Shown here: positions 43,721 to 52,519 of the stretch, in pieces
Layout of the letters: each line of letters opens with the position of its first letter
How positions within the stretch are numbered: the stretch's first letter is position 1
Notes under the pieces: generated by a model
Told to the model about the DNA's origin: nothing
The model's input: the letters and a program-made list of their open reading frames with translations, nothing else
The model's database searches: none
Translations under genes and position numbers: made by a program
Assembly: GCA_965213765.1 (NCBI GenBank)
Contig: OZ243926.1
Location: forward strand, 4,368,479 to 4,432,478
Direction: 5' to 3'
Length of the DNA: 64,000 nt
Source: Rhodospirillales bacterium
GTDB taxonomy: Bacteria > Pseudomonadota > Alphaproteobacteria > Rhodospirillales > UBA2165

Positions 43721-44763
43721 TCTGCAACATAGCCAGTGTCTTTGAGGTAGTTCCAGCATTCGTTTGGGTCGAAGAGTTCGCAGATGTCGCCGACGGCGCG
43801 CCAGAGGGTGTCATAGGTTCTTGCATTGGCTTTTCGCAGCCGTGTCTTGAGCTTGGCGAAGGCCTGCTCGATGGGGTTGAGATCGGGCGAGTACTTGGGC
43901 AGGAACAGGAACCAGGCGCCCTGCTCGGCGAGGGCTTTTGCCGCCCGCGGGCTTTTATGGACATTGAGATTGTCGAGGATCACCACGTCGCCCTGTCTCA
44001 AGCGTGGCGCTAGTTGGGTGCGCACATAGGCATCGAAGGCCGGTCCGTCCATGGCCCCGTCGACAATCCAGGGAGCGACAAGTCCATCGCAGCGCAGGCC
44101 GGCGATGAAGGTTTGGGTGTGCCATTTGCCGAAGGGGGCATTGGCCACGAGCCGTTCTCCCCGAGGGCTGCGCCCGCGCAAGGGCGTCATGTTGGTCTTC
44201 ACGCTGGTCTCGTCGACAAAGACGAGCCTCCCCGGCTGGCGGCGCATGAAGGGCTGACGGAGTTTGATCCAGGTGCGGCGCGCGGCCCTGACGTCAGAGC
44301 GTTCTTTCTCCGCGGCCAGCAGCGTTTTTTTTATAGCTAAACCCTGCCTTGCACAAAAGCTTGGACAGGTTCGACGGATCAGCCGTAACGCCATGTTCCG
44401 CCTTCAACCAGGCAGCGAGGTCCGCCATGGTGATATCCGGCTCGGCCTTTACCTGCGCAATCAGGACATCGCGGTGGCATCCTAGCTTGCCCGACCCGCT
44501 GGGCCGGCCCTGCCGGGCGGGGTCCACCGAACCGGTGGCCGCATAGCGGGCGTGAATGCGCACCGCCGTCGAAGGCGCGACCTCAAACTGAGCCGCAACT
44601 TCACGGCGCGACTTGCCCGCCGCAATGCCTCGTATCATCCGAAGACGAAGATCGTTCGATATGGCTTTTCCCATAGGGCACCTCCTACACCCCATGGAAT
44701 CATCACCGAAAGCTAAAGGGAATCCCCATAATCAAATCGATTCAACTTTCTCGCCCGATGCTC
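43704..44763 (-). mobile_element. IS630-family insertion sequence (about 1.06 kb) with TA target duplication inside a CTAG site
   Basis: Imperfect terminal inverted repeats are (CTA)GAGCGCCGGGCG at 43701-43715 and CGCCCGATGCTC(TAG) at 44752-44766, matching 13 of 15. The flanks are C-TA...TA-G. It encodes an HTH plus DDE transposase. Confidence 0.8.
43717..44674 (-). CDS. IS630-family transposase in two frames: HTH part 44294-44674 and DDE part 43717 to about 44333, joined at an A8 tract
   Basis: The N-terminal frame MGKAISNDLRLRMIRGIAAGKSRREVAAQFEV... is preceded by TAGGAGGTG. The DDE frame reads ...VFVDETSV...VILDNLNVHK...LPKYSPDLNPIEQAF. The frames overlap at AGCTATAAAAAAAACGCT (T8 at 44325-44332 on the plus strand). 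The DDE frame is +1 relative to the HTH frame. Confidence 0.75.
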
Positions 44764-44769
44764 TAGTTG

Positions 44770-45984
44770 ATGACTTGGCGCAAGTTTCAATTGTCGACCG
44801 TATGCACTGAAGTTGATCGTTCGGAGAACGTTCAGCCTGAAGCAACATATCGTTTATTGGGTATGCGGTCCCAGATTGGCGGGCCGTTCTTAAGAGAGAC
44901 CAAATTTGGAAGTGAATTATCGGCAACCAAGCTGAACAAAGTCCGGACCGGCGATTTCATTTATAGCCGCCTTTTTGCTTGGCAAGGTTCGTTTGGTGTA
45001 ATCCCACCTGAACTCGACGGTTGTTATGTCTCAAATGAGTTTCCACTTTTTGCCATCGACGAGACCCGACTTTGTAGTCGTTTTTTGACGTATTGGTTTG
45101 GTTTGCGGCCAACTCAGCTTGAGGTCGAACAGCATTGCTACGGATCAACACCCGGCACTAGAAACCGTTTCAAGGAAGTCTTCTTCAAACAGCTCATGGT
45201 GCCGGTACCGCCGCTTGAGGCGCAAATTCGAGTGGTCGCCAAACTGGACCAAGTCGCGAAACTTATTGAAGACCGAAAGAAGACAATAGTAGCCGTCGAT
45301 AGTGATCTCGATGCGCTCCTTGCCAACGCCTTTGCTCAAATCGTCGAAGGAGCAAGTTATCTTCCGATGGAGGAGGTTGCACCTCTCGTACGTCGACCCG
45401 TCGATGTACAACCGGATGAAGTCTATCCCGAGCTCGGCGTTAGATCGTTCGGGCGAGGCATCTTTCACAAGCCAACACTTAAGGGTTCTGAGCTCACTTG
45501 GCAAAAGTTGTTCTTAGTCCGCGAGGGTGATCTCGTATTCAGCAATATCAAGGCTTGGGAAGGAGCCTTTGCTGTGGCGGAACGTGGAGATGATGGTCGT
45601 GTAGGCTCTCATCGATATCTCACCTGTGTTCCTGCCCCCGGTTTAGCAACTGCACCTTTCGTTTGCTATTATCTTCAAACGCGTGAAGGCATTGAAAAAG
45701 TCCAAGCCGCATCCCCAGGGAGCGCAGATCGTAACCGAACGTTGGGCCAGAAGAGGCTTGCTGCTATCACAGTGCCTACCCCTTCGATCGAACGGCAACG
45801 ATGGTTTGACGATATTCAATCTAAAGTTCGGGAACTGGGAACGATCCGTGCCGAAACGGCAAATGACATTGATGCCCTTTTACCTTCAATGCTTCATGAG
45901 ATATTTGGCAATGCAGCACCAGGGGTCAAGCAACCGACGTTCGTTAAATCTGCTGAACCGACGCTCCGCATTGCGACCGGATAG
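44770..45984 (+). CDS. hsdS: type I restriction enzyme specificity subunit (orphan)
   Basis: Two target-recognition halves each carry a Y.S.LF.WQG/IKAWEG-like core. Conserved spacer helices are PPLEAQIRVVAKLDQV and PSIERQRWFDDIQSKV. There is no intact hsdM or hsdR in the window. Confidence 0.75.
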   Translation: MTWRKFQLSTVCTEVDRSENVQPEATYRLLGMRSQIGGPFLRETKFGSELSATKLNKVRTGDFIYSRLFAWQGSFGVIPPELDGCYVSNEFPLFAIDETRLCSRFLTYWFGLRPTQLEVEQHCYGSTPGTRNRFKEVFFKQLMVPVPPLEAQIRVVAKLDQVAKLIEDRKKTIVAVDSDLDALLANAFAQIVEGASYLPMEEVAPLVRRPVDVQPDEVYPELGVRSFGRGIFHKPTLKGSELTWQKLFLVREGDLVFSNIKAWEGAFAVAERGDDGRVGSHRYLTCVPAPGLATAPFVCYYLQTREGIEKVQAASPGSADRNRTLGQKRLAAITVPTPSIERQRWFDDIQSKVRELGTIRAETANDIDALLPSMLHEIFGNAAPGVKQPTFVKSAEPTLRIATG

Positions 45985-45987
45985 TGT

Positions 45988-46415
45988 TCAACTCGTTCGC
46001 TGCGGTCCCCTAAAAGATAGAGATGGGGGTTTGATCTCCACTAGCGCTTCCTTCAAATCACGCGCCTCGGCACGCAGCGCTTTGACCTCATTACTGGTCG
46101 CTTGGCGGGCCGTGTCCCCGGCAAGGCGTTTCTTGCCAGCCTCCAGGAACTCCTTCGACCAACTGTAATACAGGCTCTCGGCAATACCCTCACGTCGGCA
46201 CAGCGAAGCGATACTCTCCTCGCCACGCAGTCCTTCAAGGACAATGCGGATCTTCTCTTCCGTTGAATGCTTGCGCCGTGTCTTGCGGCGGATATCCCGG
46301 ACAACCTTCTCGGCCGGGTCTATCTTGCTCATCGATTTCTGCCTCATCTTCGTTCCCTTCGGTCACTACGATGAGCCAGAAATCCTCCCTTAGGAAAACC
46401 CCCCAGTGTGTCCCA
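45988..46415 (-). mobile_element. IS3-family remnant (left end plus truncated OrfA)
   Basis: The OrfA-like ORF (45988-46332) reads MSKIDPAEKVVRDIRRKTRRKHSTEEKIRIVLEGLRGEESIASLCRREGIAESLYYSWSKEFLEAGKKRL...EVKALRAEARDLKE, then diverges at about 46041. There is no OrfB/DDE part. A TG...-type terminus lies near 46411-46415. Confidence 0.65.
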
Positions 46416-46621
46416 AGGGCGTTGATGTCAGACACGGCCGCGCGCTCACCAATCTGACGCTGCGCGCCGGGGAGCGGCTGCGGCTGTTCCCGGAGGGCTC
46501 CCGCGCGGTCAGCACGCTGCTGAATGCGGCGGCGGACGCGCTGGTCGAAGGCGGAAGATCCGGCATCTTCACGCCGATGTTCTTCTTTCTGGCCCGCAAG
46601 CCTCCGCGTCCCGGCGGCTGA
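46416..46621 (+). pseudogene. 3' fragment of an unidentified gene truncated by the IS3 remnant
   Basis: The GC3-rich frame ...LTLRAGERLRLFPEGSRAVSTLLNAAADALVEGGRSGIFTPMFFFLARKPPRPGG begins abruptly at the IS end. GC content returns to the high background here. Confidence 0.3.
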
Positions 46622-46740
46622 CCGCGGCGCGTCCTTGGGCCGCGAGGCCGCCGGCGCCCAGCACGGGGAACGGGCGGACGCTGCCGGCAAGGGTCATCCG
46701 GCTCCGGCGGCGGCGGTCATTTCCCGGCCGCGCGGACCGA

Positions 46741-47133
46741 TTACTCGGCCGCCGCCCGCTGATCCGAAAAGGTGATGGTCAGCGTCATTGAGCCCTCGTT
46801 CACTTTCCATCCCCGCAAGCTGTAGCTCCGCAAGCCGTCCCGGTGCATCGGGTCCCGGTCAGCCAGTTTCTTCGCTTCTTCCAGCGTATCGGTCTTGAGC
46901 ACGATCATTCCGGTGCCGCTGGGATTGTCCTGGTCATCCAGGAGCGGTCCGCCGGCAAATATGACGCCAGCCTTCTCGAGGCCGATGATGTAGGCGAGAT
47001 GTTCCTGGCGCATGGCCCCCGACTTGATCGCGGTCCGCGCCGCCTGGTCGACCGGCCGGGTGGTCATAACGAATAAGCGCCGGCCGAGCGCGCCCTCCGG
47101 TCCGATTGCGCTGAAGTCGTGCTGGTCCGCCAC
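46741..47133 (-). CDS. YciI-family protein
   Basis: 130 aa. HLAYIIGLEKAGVIFAGGPL...GMIVLKTDTLEEAKKLADRDPMHRDGL is characteristic of the YciI-like dimeric alpha/beta-barrel family. Confidence 0.7.
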   Translation of the reverse strand: MADQHDFSAIGPEGALGRRLFVMTTRPVDQAARTAIKSGAMRQEHLAYIIGLEKAGVIFAGGPLLDDQDNPSGTGMIVLKTDTLEEAKKLADRDPMHRDGLRSYSLRGWKVNEGSMTLTITFSDQRAAAE

Positions 47134-47231
47134 GAGTGCCCCCCTTTGAGAATTTCCCGGCCGCCAATTATGCTATGGAATCATGACTTGATCCTACGTC
47201 AATTGGCAATCCAGGGGGGGGGTGAACTGAT

Positions 47232-47933
47232 ATGGCGGACAAGACGGTTGTTTCGATCGACGGCGCGGATGTTCCGGCGTTGATTGGCGTGCCGGCTGGC
47301 GAGGGGCTCTTTCCGGGAATGGTCGTAACCCACCACGGCCCGGGCCTTGATGCGTTCACCGAGGACTTCATCGACAAACTGGCGGCGGTCGGTTTTGCCG
47401 CCGTCGGCGTGAATTATTATCACCGGGGGCCGGATGAAGGTCCGATCCCCGAGCGGGTCGCCGGTCTCAAGGACGAGCAGATCCTTGTCGACATGTCGGC
47501 GTCGGCCGCATATTTGCAGAGCCGCGGCGATGTGGACGGCGGACGGCTGGGCATTGCCGGCCACTGCCTGGGCGGACGGAATTCCCTGCTCGGGGCCGCC
47601 GCCACCGATTACTTCTCGGCCTGCGCGGTGTTCTACGGCGGCAATATCATGGCCGGCCGCGGCCGGGAGGCGCCGACACCGTTCGATCTGATCGGCGACA
47701 TCAGATGCCCGGTCATCGGCTTTTTCGGCAATGACGACGACAACCCGTCCCCTCAAGATGTCGATAAAATCGATGCGGAAATGGACCGGCTCGAAATCGA
47801 GCACACCTTTTACCGCTACGACGGCGCCGGGCACGCGTTTCAGAACTTCGTCGCCGAGGAACGCTACCGCCCGGAGGCGTCGGACGATGCCCAGGCCAAG
47901 CTGATCGGGTTCATGACCGGCGCGCTGAAGTAG
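47232..47933 (+). CDS. dienelactone hydrolase family protein
   Basis: GMVVTHHGPGLD, GIAGHCLGG (nucleophile elbow with Cys) and PVIGFFGNDDDNPS...GAGHAF. Confidence 0.85.
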   Translation: MADKTVVSIDGADVPALIGVPAGEGLFPGMVVTHHGPGLDAFTEDFIDKLAAVGFAAVGVNYYHRGPDEGPIPERVAGLKDEQILVDMSASAAYLQSRGDVDGGRLGIAGHCLGGRNSLLGAAATDYFSACAVFYGGNIMAGRGREAPTPFDLIGDIRCPVIGFFGNDDDNPSPQDVDKIDAEMDRLEIEHTFYRYDGAGHAFQNFVAEERYRPEASDDAQAKLIGFMTGALK

Positions 47934-47938
47934 CCGGC

Positions 47939-48838
47939 CTACCGCGCGGCAACCTCGGCGCGGATGTCGGCGGCCAGTTCACGGCAGACGGGCGGCAGGA
48001 TGCCGCCGATGCGGGTCACCAGCCCAATGGTCCACCGCGGCGGCTTTTCCTTGAGACGCAGGGGGGTGAGGGCCTGACTGATCCGCTCGGTGGATAGTAT
48101 CTGGCTCGGCAGCAGGGCGATCCGGTTGCTCGCTTCGACCATCGAGACCGTGCAGCCGATGGAATTGCTCTCGATGGCGCTGTCGGGCGGCGACAGCTTG
48201 GCGTGCGCGAAGGTCTCCTCGAAGACGAGGCGGCGGCCTTCGCCCCGGCCGAACACCACCCAGTCCTCCGACAGCAGGTCTCGGAGCCCGAGCCGGCGGC
48301 GTTTGACGAGCGGATGACCGCTCCGGACCGCGGGAATGAAAGATTCCTCAATCAGGGTCTCGGTTCGAAGGTCGGGATCGTCGACGGCGCCGGGCAAGAA
48401 ACACACGGCGAAATCGAACGTGCCCGAGCCGACCGCGGCGAGCACTTCACTCAGATTGTCCTCCTCGATGTAGATGCGGACCTTGGGCCGCCGTTCGGCG
48501 AACCGGAGCACTGCCCGCGGCAGAAGATTGGTGGTGACGGTCTGGGTGACACCGACTGAAATTTCGCCGCCTGTCGCCCCCTCCATGAATTCGACCTCCC
48601 GGCGCGCCCGGTCGATTTCAGAGGCAATTATGCGCGCTCGCCGGATCAGCGCTTCGCCGGTTGGTGTCGCTACAACGCCGCGGGGACCTCGCTGCAGCAG
48701 CCGGGCGCCGACGCTCTCCTCAAGTTGTTTGATGCTCTTGCTGACCGCCGGTTGAGAGAGGTTGAGCCGGTGAGAGGCTTGCCGCACGCTGCCTGTCTCG
48801 GCGACGACCATCAAATTCTGAAGCTGATTGAACTTCAT
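47939..48838 (-). CDS. LysR-family transcriptional regulator
   Basis: N-terminal wHTH: MKFNQLQNLMVVAETGSVRQASHRLNLSQPAVSKSIKQLEESVG..LLQR. The length is typical at about 300 aa. It is divergent from the 48964 operon. Confidence 0.9.
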   Translation of the reverse strand: MKFNQLQNLMVVAETGSVRQASHRLNLSQPAVSKSIKQLEESVGARLLQRGPRGVVATPTGEALIRRARIIASEIDRARREVEFMEGATGGEISVGVTQTVTTNLLPRAVLRFAERRPKVRIYIEEDNLSEVLAAVGSGTFDFAVCFLPGAVDDPDLRTETLIEESFIPAVRSGHPLVKRRRLGLRDLLSEDWVVFGRGEGRRLVFEETFAHAKLSPPDSAIESNSIGCTVSMVEASNRIALLPSQILSTERISQALTPLRLKEKPPRWTIGLVTRIGGILPPVCRELAADIRAEVAAR

Positions 48839-48887
48839 CCCGTATCACCTTTCCCTATAACCCTTTCCTATTACTTTTTTTTATCAC

Positions 48888-48904
48888 ATAGATGAAACTT
48901 CTAT
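48888..48904. promoter_or_regulatory. candidate LysR-type (T-N11-A) operator
   Basis: The dyad ATAG-N9-CTAT (ATAGATGAAACTTCTAT) lies in the AT-rich 125-bp divergent region between the LysR gene and the 48964-53812 operon. Confidence 0.3.
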
Positions 48905-48963
48905 AATCAGGTTCTATCATGCCCCGCTATAGTTTTTTCAGTGAACGTCCGGGGGGACTAGGA

Positions 48964-49710
48964 ATGGCGACGAACGCCAACCCGCAACAACCGCTCGATC
49001 GCGCCATCTGGGCGACCTGGTACGACCTCCCGGAGGCCGATCGGGCGGCACACCTGCCGTGGCTGCACGGCGAATACATTCCCGGATTGCTGGAGCGCCC
49101 CGGCCACCTTTGGGCCGCGCACTATGAGGTTATCGGCAGCGCCCGCGACCGGGCGTTGTTCCAACCCGAACACGCCGACGATCCGGACATCGGCAAGGGC
49201 AGGGATTACCTTCTGCTGATCGGCGCCGCGTCACCGCACGACTTTTTCCGCGACGCGGTGCTGACGGTTGACGGCGAGACCGGCGGACCGCTTGTCCAGC
49301 GCCGCGAGGTGCGTACCTCGGTGTTCGTCGAGGAGGTCCGGGTCGACGGACCGGCGGCGGACCGGCGGCCGGCGGACGGTTCCCCGGGACCGGCGATCCA
49401 GATGGGCACGCTCAATCTGCAGGACTTGGATGCCGAGTTTGATTTGAGCGCCTGGTACGTTCACGACCGATTGCCCGCCACCACGCGGATGCCGGGCTGC
49501 ATCGGCACGCGGAAATTGGTATCGACCGCCGGTTGGGCCAAGCACTCCGTGCTGTATGAGTTTGTCTCTCATGAGGCGCGGGAGACCCAATTCCACGGCC
49601 ACGAAAAAGGCGAAAGCGAAGCGGAGAGCTGGGGTAAACGGGTGATCAACGCGACCATTCATGCCCCGGGGTCGCCGACCCTGGGCACGCGCATCCGGCC
49701 GGAAGCGTGA
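48964..49710 (+). CDS. hypothetical protein (possibly tandem ferredoxin-like / EthD-like domains)
   Basis: Start taken at MATNANPQ with a G-rich SD. GC3-rich. The repeated pattern W..WY.....H.....Y.P occurs in both halves. No confident family assignment. Confidence 0.5.
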   Translation: MATNANPQQPLDRAIWATWYDLPEADRAAHLPWLHGEYIPGLLERPGHLWAAHYEVIGSARDRALFQPEHADDPDIGKGRDYLLLIGAASPHDFFRDAVLTVDGETGGPLVQRREVRTSVFVEEVRVDGPAADRRPADGSPGPAIQMGTLNLQDLDAEFDLSAWYVHDRLPATTRMPGCIGTRKLVSTAGWAKHSVLYEFVSHEARETQFHGHEKGESEAESWGKRVINATIHAPGSPTLGTRIRPEA

Positions 49711-49738
49711 AACGATTTCAGATCAGGGATACAGGGTA

Positions 49739-50785
49739 ATGAAATTTGGCGTTTTCGATCACGTGGATCTTGGCGAGGAGCCCATCTCGGACATCTATCA
49801 GGGACGCCTTGGGCTCGCCGAACTAGCGGATCAAGCCGGATTTTACGGCTACCACGTCGCCGAACACCACGGCACCCTGCACGGTCTCCTTCACTCACCG
49901 AATCTCTATCTCGCCGCCATTTCGCAGCGGACGAAAAACATCAGGATCGGCTCGCTGGTCAACCTGCTTCCTCTTTATCAGCCGCTCCGGTTGGTCGAGG
50001 AGTATGCCATGCTCGACCAGATGAGCGGCGGCCGCTTGCAGATCGGCGTGGGGCGAGGCATCTCGCCCTACGAGGTAGGCTATTTCGGCGTTGCCCCCGG
50101 TGAATCCCGGGCCCTTTTCCATGAGGTCCTCGATTTCGTAGTCGACGGGCTCCAGGCCGAGACCATCACCTATGAGAGCCCGCGCTTTCAATACTACGAA
50201 GTTCCGATGGTTCAGCCGCCGCTTCAAAAACCGTATCCGCCCTTGTGGATTGGCGCACACAGTGAGCGCAGCCTGGACTTCGCGGCCGAATACGGCTGCA
50301 ACGTGGTCATCGGCGGGCCCAACGCCGTTGCCAAGCGCGCGGTCGAATATTATCCCGAGGCCTGGGAAGCGAAAGCCGAACTCCGGGCCGCCAAGAATTC
50401 GCCTGTCGCCTCGCCCTTCGTCAGTGCATGGCGCTTTCTCTACGTCACCGATACGGATGATGAAGCGCTGGCGCGGGCCGAACCCGCGTTCGATATGCAT
50501 CAGACGCGCCTGGCCGCACCGTCACGCGCCTGGGGATACACGCCGAACGTCTATATGGACAAGTATCGGACGGCGCTTGATCTCGGCATTCATTTCGCCG
50601 GTTCCCCCGAGACCATTGTGGAGAAGATAAGCCGGGATATCGAGGAGACAGGGGTGAACTACTACATGCTCAGTTTCACCTGGGGCAACCTGAAGACCGC
50701 GGAATCCATACGGTCCTTCGAGTTGTTCCGCGATGAGGTGCTGCCTCATCTTGCGGACGCGGGTGCAAAACAGGCTGCGGAATAA
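49739..50785 (+). CDS. LLM-class flavin-dependent oxidoreductase
   Basis: MKFGVFDHVD...YHVAEHHGT...NIRIGSLVNLLPLYQPLRLVEEYAMLDQMSGGRLQIGVGRG. It is a close paralog of 24046-25086. Confidence 0.85.
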   Translation: MKFGVFDHVDLGEEPISDIYQGRLGLAELADQAGFYGYHVAEHHGTLHGLLHSPNLYLAAISQRTKNIRIGSLVNLLPLYQPLRLVEEYAMLDQMSGGRLQIGVGRGISPYEVGYFGVAPGESRALFHEVLDFVVDGLQAETITYESPRFQYYEVPMVQPPLQKPYPPLWIGAHSERSLDFAAEYGCNVVIGGPNAVAKRAVEYYPEAWEAKAELRAAKNSPVASPFVSAWRFLYVTDTDDEALARAEPAFDMHQTRLAAPSRAWGYTPNVYMDKYRTALDLGIHFAGSPETIVEKISRDIEETGVNYYMLSFTWGNLKTAESIRSFELFRDEVLPHLADAGAKQAAE

Positions 50786-50882
50786 CTCCGTGGCGATTTG
50801 GTCGCGAAACGCTTCGGCATTACAGTGAAGTCAAGGACGGAACACAAAAAATAACTCTCCGTCCACATTTTGGGAGGAAGAC

Positions 50883-51935
50883 ATGAACAGATTTCTACGA
50901 TTTTTCTCGATCTCTATTGGTGGAGGCGCCTTGGCGCTGGCCGGTGTCGCGTCGACGGGCGGCGCGGTTCTCGGCGGCAGCGTCCTGTTTGCCGGATCGG
51001 CGCAGGCGCAAACCGAACTGATCTACAACGTCTGGCTGCCCCGCCGGCATCCGTTTTATGTCGGTATCGTCGAACCGTGGGGCAAGCGGGTCGAAGCCGC
51101 CTCGAACGGCCGGATCAAAGTGAAATTCCCGGCCAAGTCACTGGCGCCGCCGCCAAGGCAATGGTCGGCAACCACCAAGGGCATCACCGATGTTGCCCTG
51201 CTCGGCAACAATTTCGAGCGCAAGCGCGTGACACTTTCCATGATCGGCCAACTGCCGTTCTCCTCGACCACCGCGGTGAAGGCCTCGGGCGCGTTGTGGC
51301 AAACCCACAACAAGTATTTTGCCAAGGCCAACCAGTACAAGGGCGTGCAGTTGCTCGGTCTGTTCGGGATCACCGGTCATGATTTGATGACCAAGGATTC
51401 CGAGCCGATCACCAAGGTGGCCGACCTCAAGGGCCGCAAGATGTGGGCCTCGGCGGTACCGCAGATGGAAAAGCTGGGCGCGGTGGTCCTCGCCACCCCG
51501 GCACCGAAGATTTATGAGCTGGTGTCCGGCGGCGTGGTGAACGGCGCGGCGGTCATCGCCTATGGCTACAATTCCTTCCGCATCCAGAAGTTCATCAAGT
51601 CGTTCACCCACGTCCCCGGCGGCATCGGCTCGTCCACCTTCTCGGTGTTTATGAACCAGGCCAAGTTCGATGGCCTGTCGGCGGACGACAAGCAGATCCT
51701 GCTGAAGGCGTCGGGCGAGCAGATTACCAAGGATGCGGTGGTCGTCGACCGGTTGACCGACAAGGCCTTGGGGGACATGAAGGCGGCCGGCGTGAAAATG
51801 ATCACCGCGGATGCGGCGTTCATGGCCGACCTCAAACGGGAACTGGCCTTCATGGAGACCAACTGGCTGGCCGATGCGGCAAAAGCGGGGGTCGACGGCA
51901 AGGCGGCGCTGGCGTTTTACCGTTCGAAACTCTAG
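50883..51935 (+). CDS. dctP: TRAP transporter substrate-binding protein (DctP family)
   Basis: A signal peptide ending AQAQ, 350 aa, followed directly by the small and large TRAP permease genes. Confidence 0.8.
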   Translation: MNRFLRFFSISIGGGALALAGVASTGGAVLGGSVLFAGSAQAQTELIYNVWLPRRHPFYVGIVEPWGKRVEAASNGRIKVKFPAKSLAPPPRQWSATTKGITDVALLGNNFERKRVTLSMIGQLPFSSTTAVKASGALWQTHNKYFAKANQYKGVQLLGLFGITGHDLMTKDSEPITKVADLKGRKMWASAVPQMEKLGAVVLATPAPKIYELVSGGVVNGAAVIAYGYNSFRIQKFIKSFTHVPGGIGSSTFSVFMNQAKFDGLSADDKQILLKASGEQITKDAVVVDRLTDKALGDMKAAGVKMITADAAFMADLKRELAFMETNWLADAAKAGVDGKAALAFYRSKL

Positions 51936-51950
51936 CCCGCAAGGTTGGCG

Positions 51951-52502
51951 ATGGCCGAACCTGAAGATCAGTCACGCATAACCGAAGGCTTTGTGCCGGG
52001 TGACGCCGAAAATGGCGGCACCCGGCAGTTTTATCGGCTGACCCGGGCGCTCAAGTGGGTCGCGGGAGGCCTGATGCTGTTGCTTCTCGGACTCACCTTC
52101 GTCGATGTGGTCGGGCGCTACGCGTTCGGTCGACCCATCCCCGGCGGCTTCGAGATCATCGAGTTCAACATGGGCTTGCTGATTTTTGCCGCACTTCCCC
52201 TGGTGACGCGCAAGCGGGGGCACATCACGGTAAGCCTGTTCGACGCGCTGATGGGGGAGGGAATCCGGCGCTTGCGCGACTCGGTCGTTCTCCTGGGCAG
52301 TGCCGGGGTCGTCGGCTTCATTTCCTTTCTCATGTTCCGCTCCGGCCTCGAGATGCTGGAGGCCAACACGGTCTCCCGGGTTTATGACTTTCCCCTGGCC
52401 CCGGTGGTCTTCATCATCGCTGCACTCGGCGTGATAACCCTGCTGCTGTTGCTCGCCATGATCTGGCACCATCTGCGGGGCCACGGCCTCGAAACGGCCT
52501 GA
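51951..52502 (+). CDS. dctQ: TRAP transporter small permease (DctQ family)
   Basis: About 180 aa with four hydrophobic segments. The motif FVDVVGRYAFGRPIPG is typical of DctQ. The ATG at 51951 is preferred over the TTG at 51945. Confidence 0.8.
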   Translation: MAEPEDQSRITEGFVPGDAENGGTRQFYRLTRALKWVAGGLMLLLLGLTFVDVVGRYAFGRPIPGGFEIIEFNMGLLIFAALPLVTRKRGHITVSLFDALMGEGIRRLRDSVVLLGSAGVVGFISFLMFRSGLEMLEANTVSRVYDFPLAPVVFIIAALGVITLLLLLAMIWHHLRGHGLETA

Positions 52503-52519
52503 GCGGGCGCGGAGCGGCG

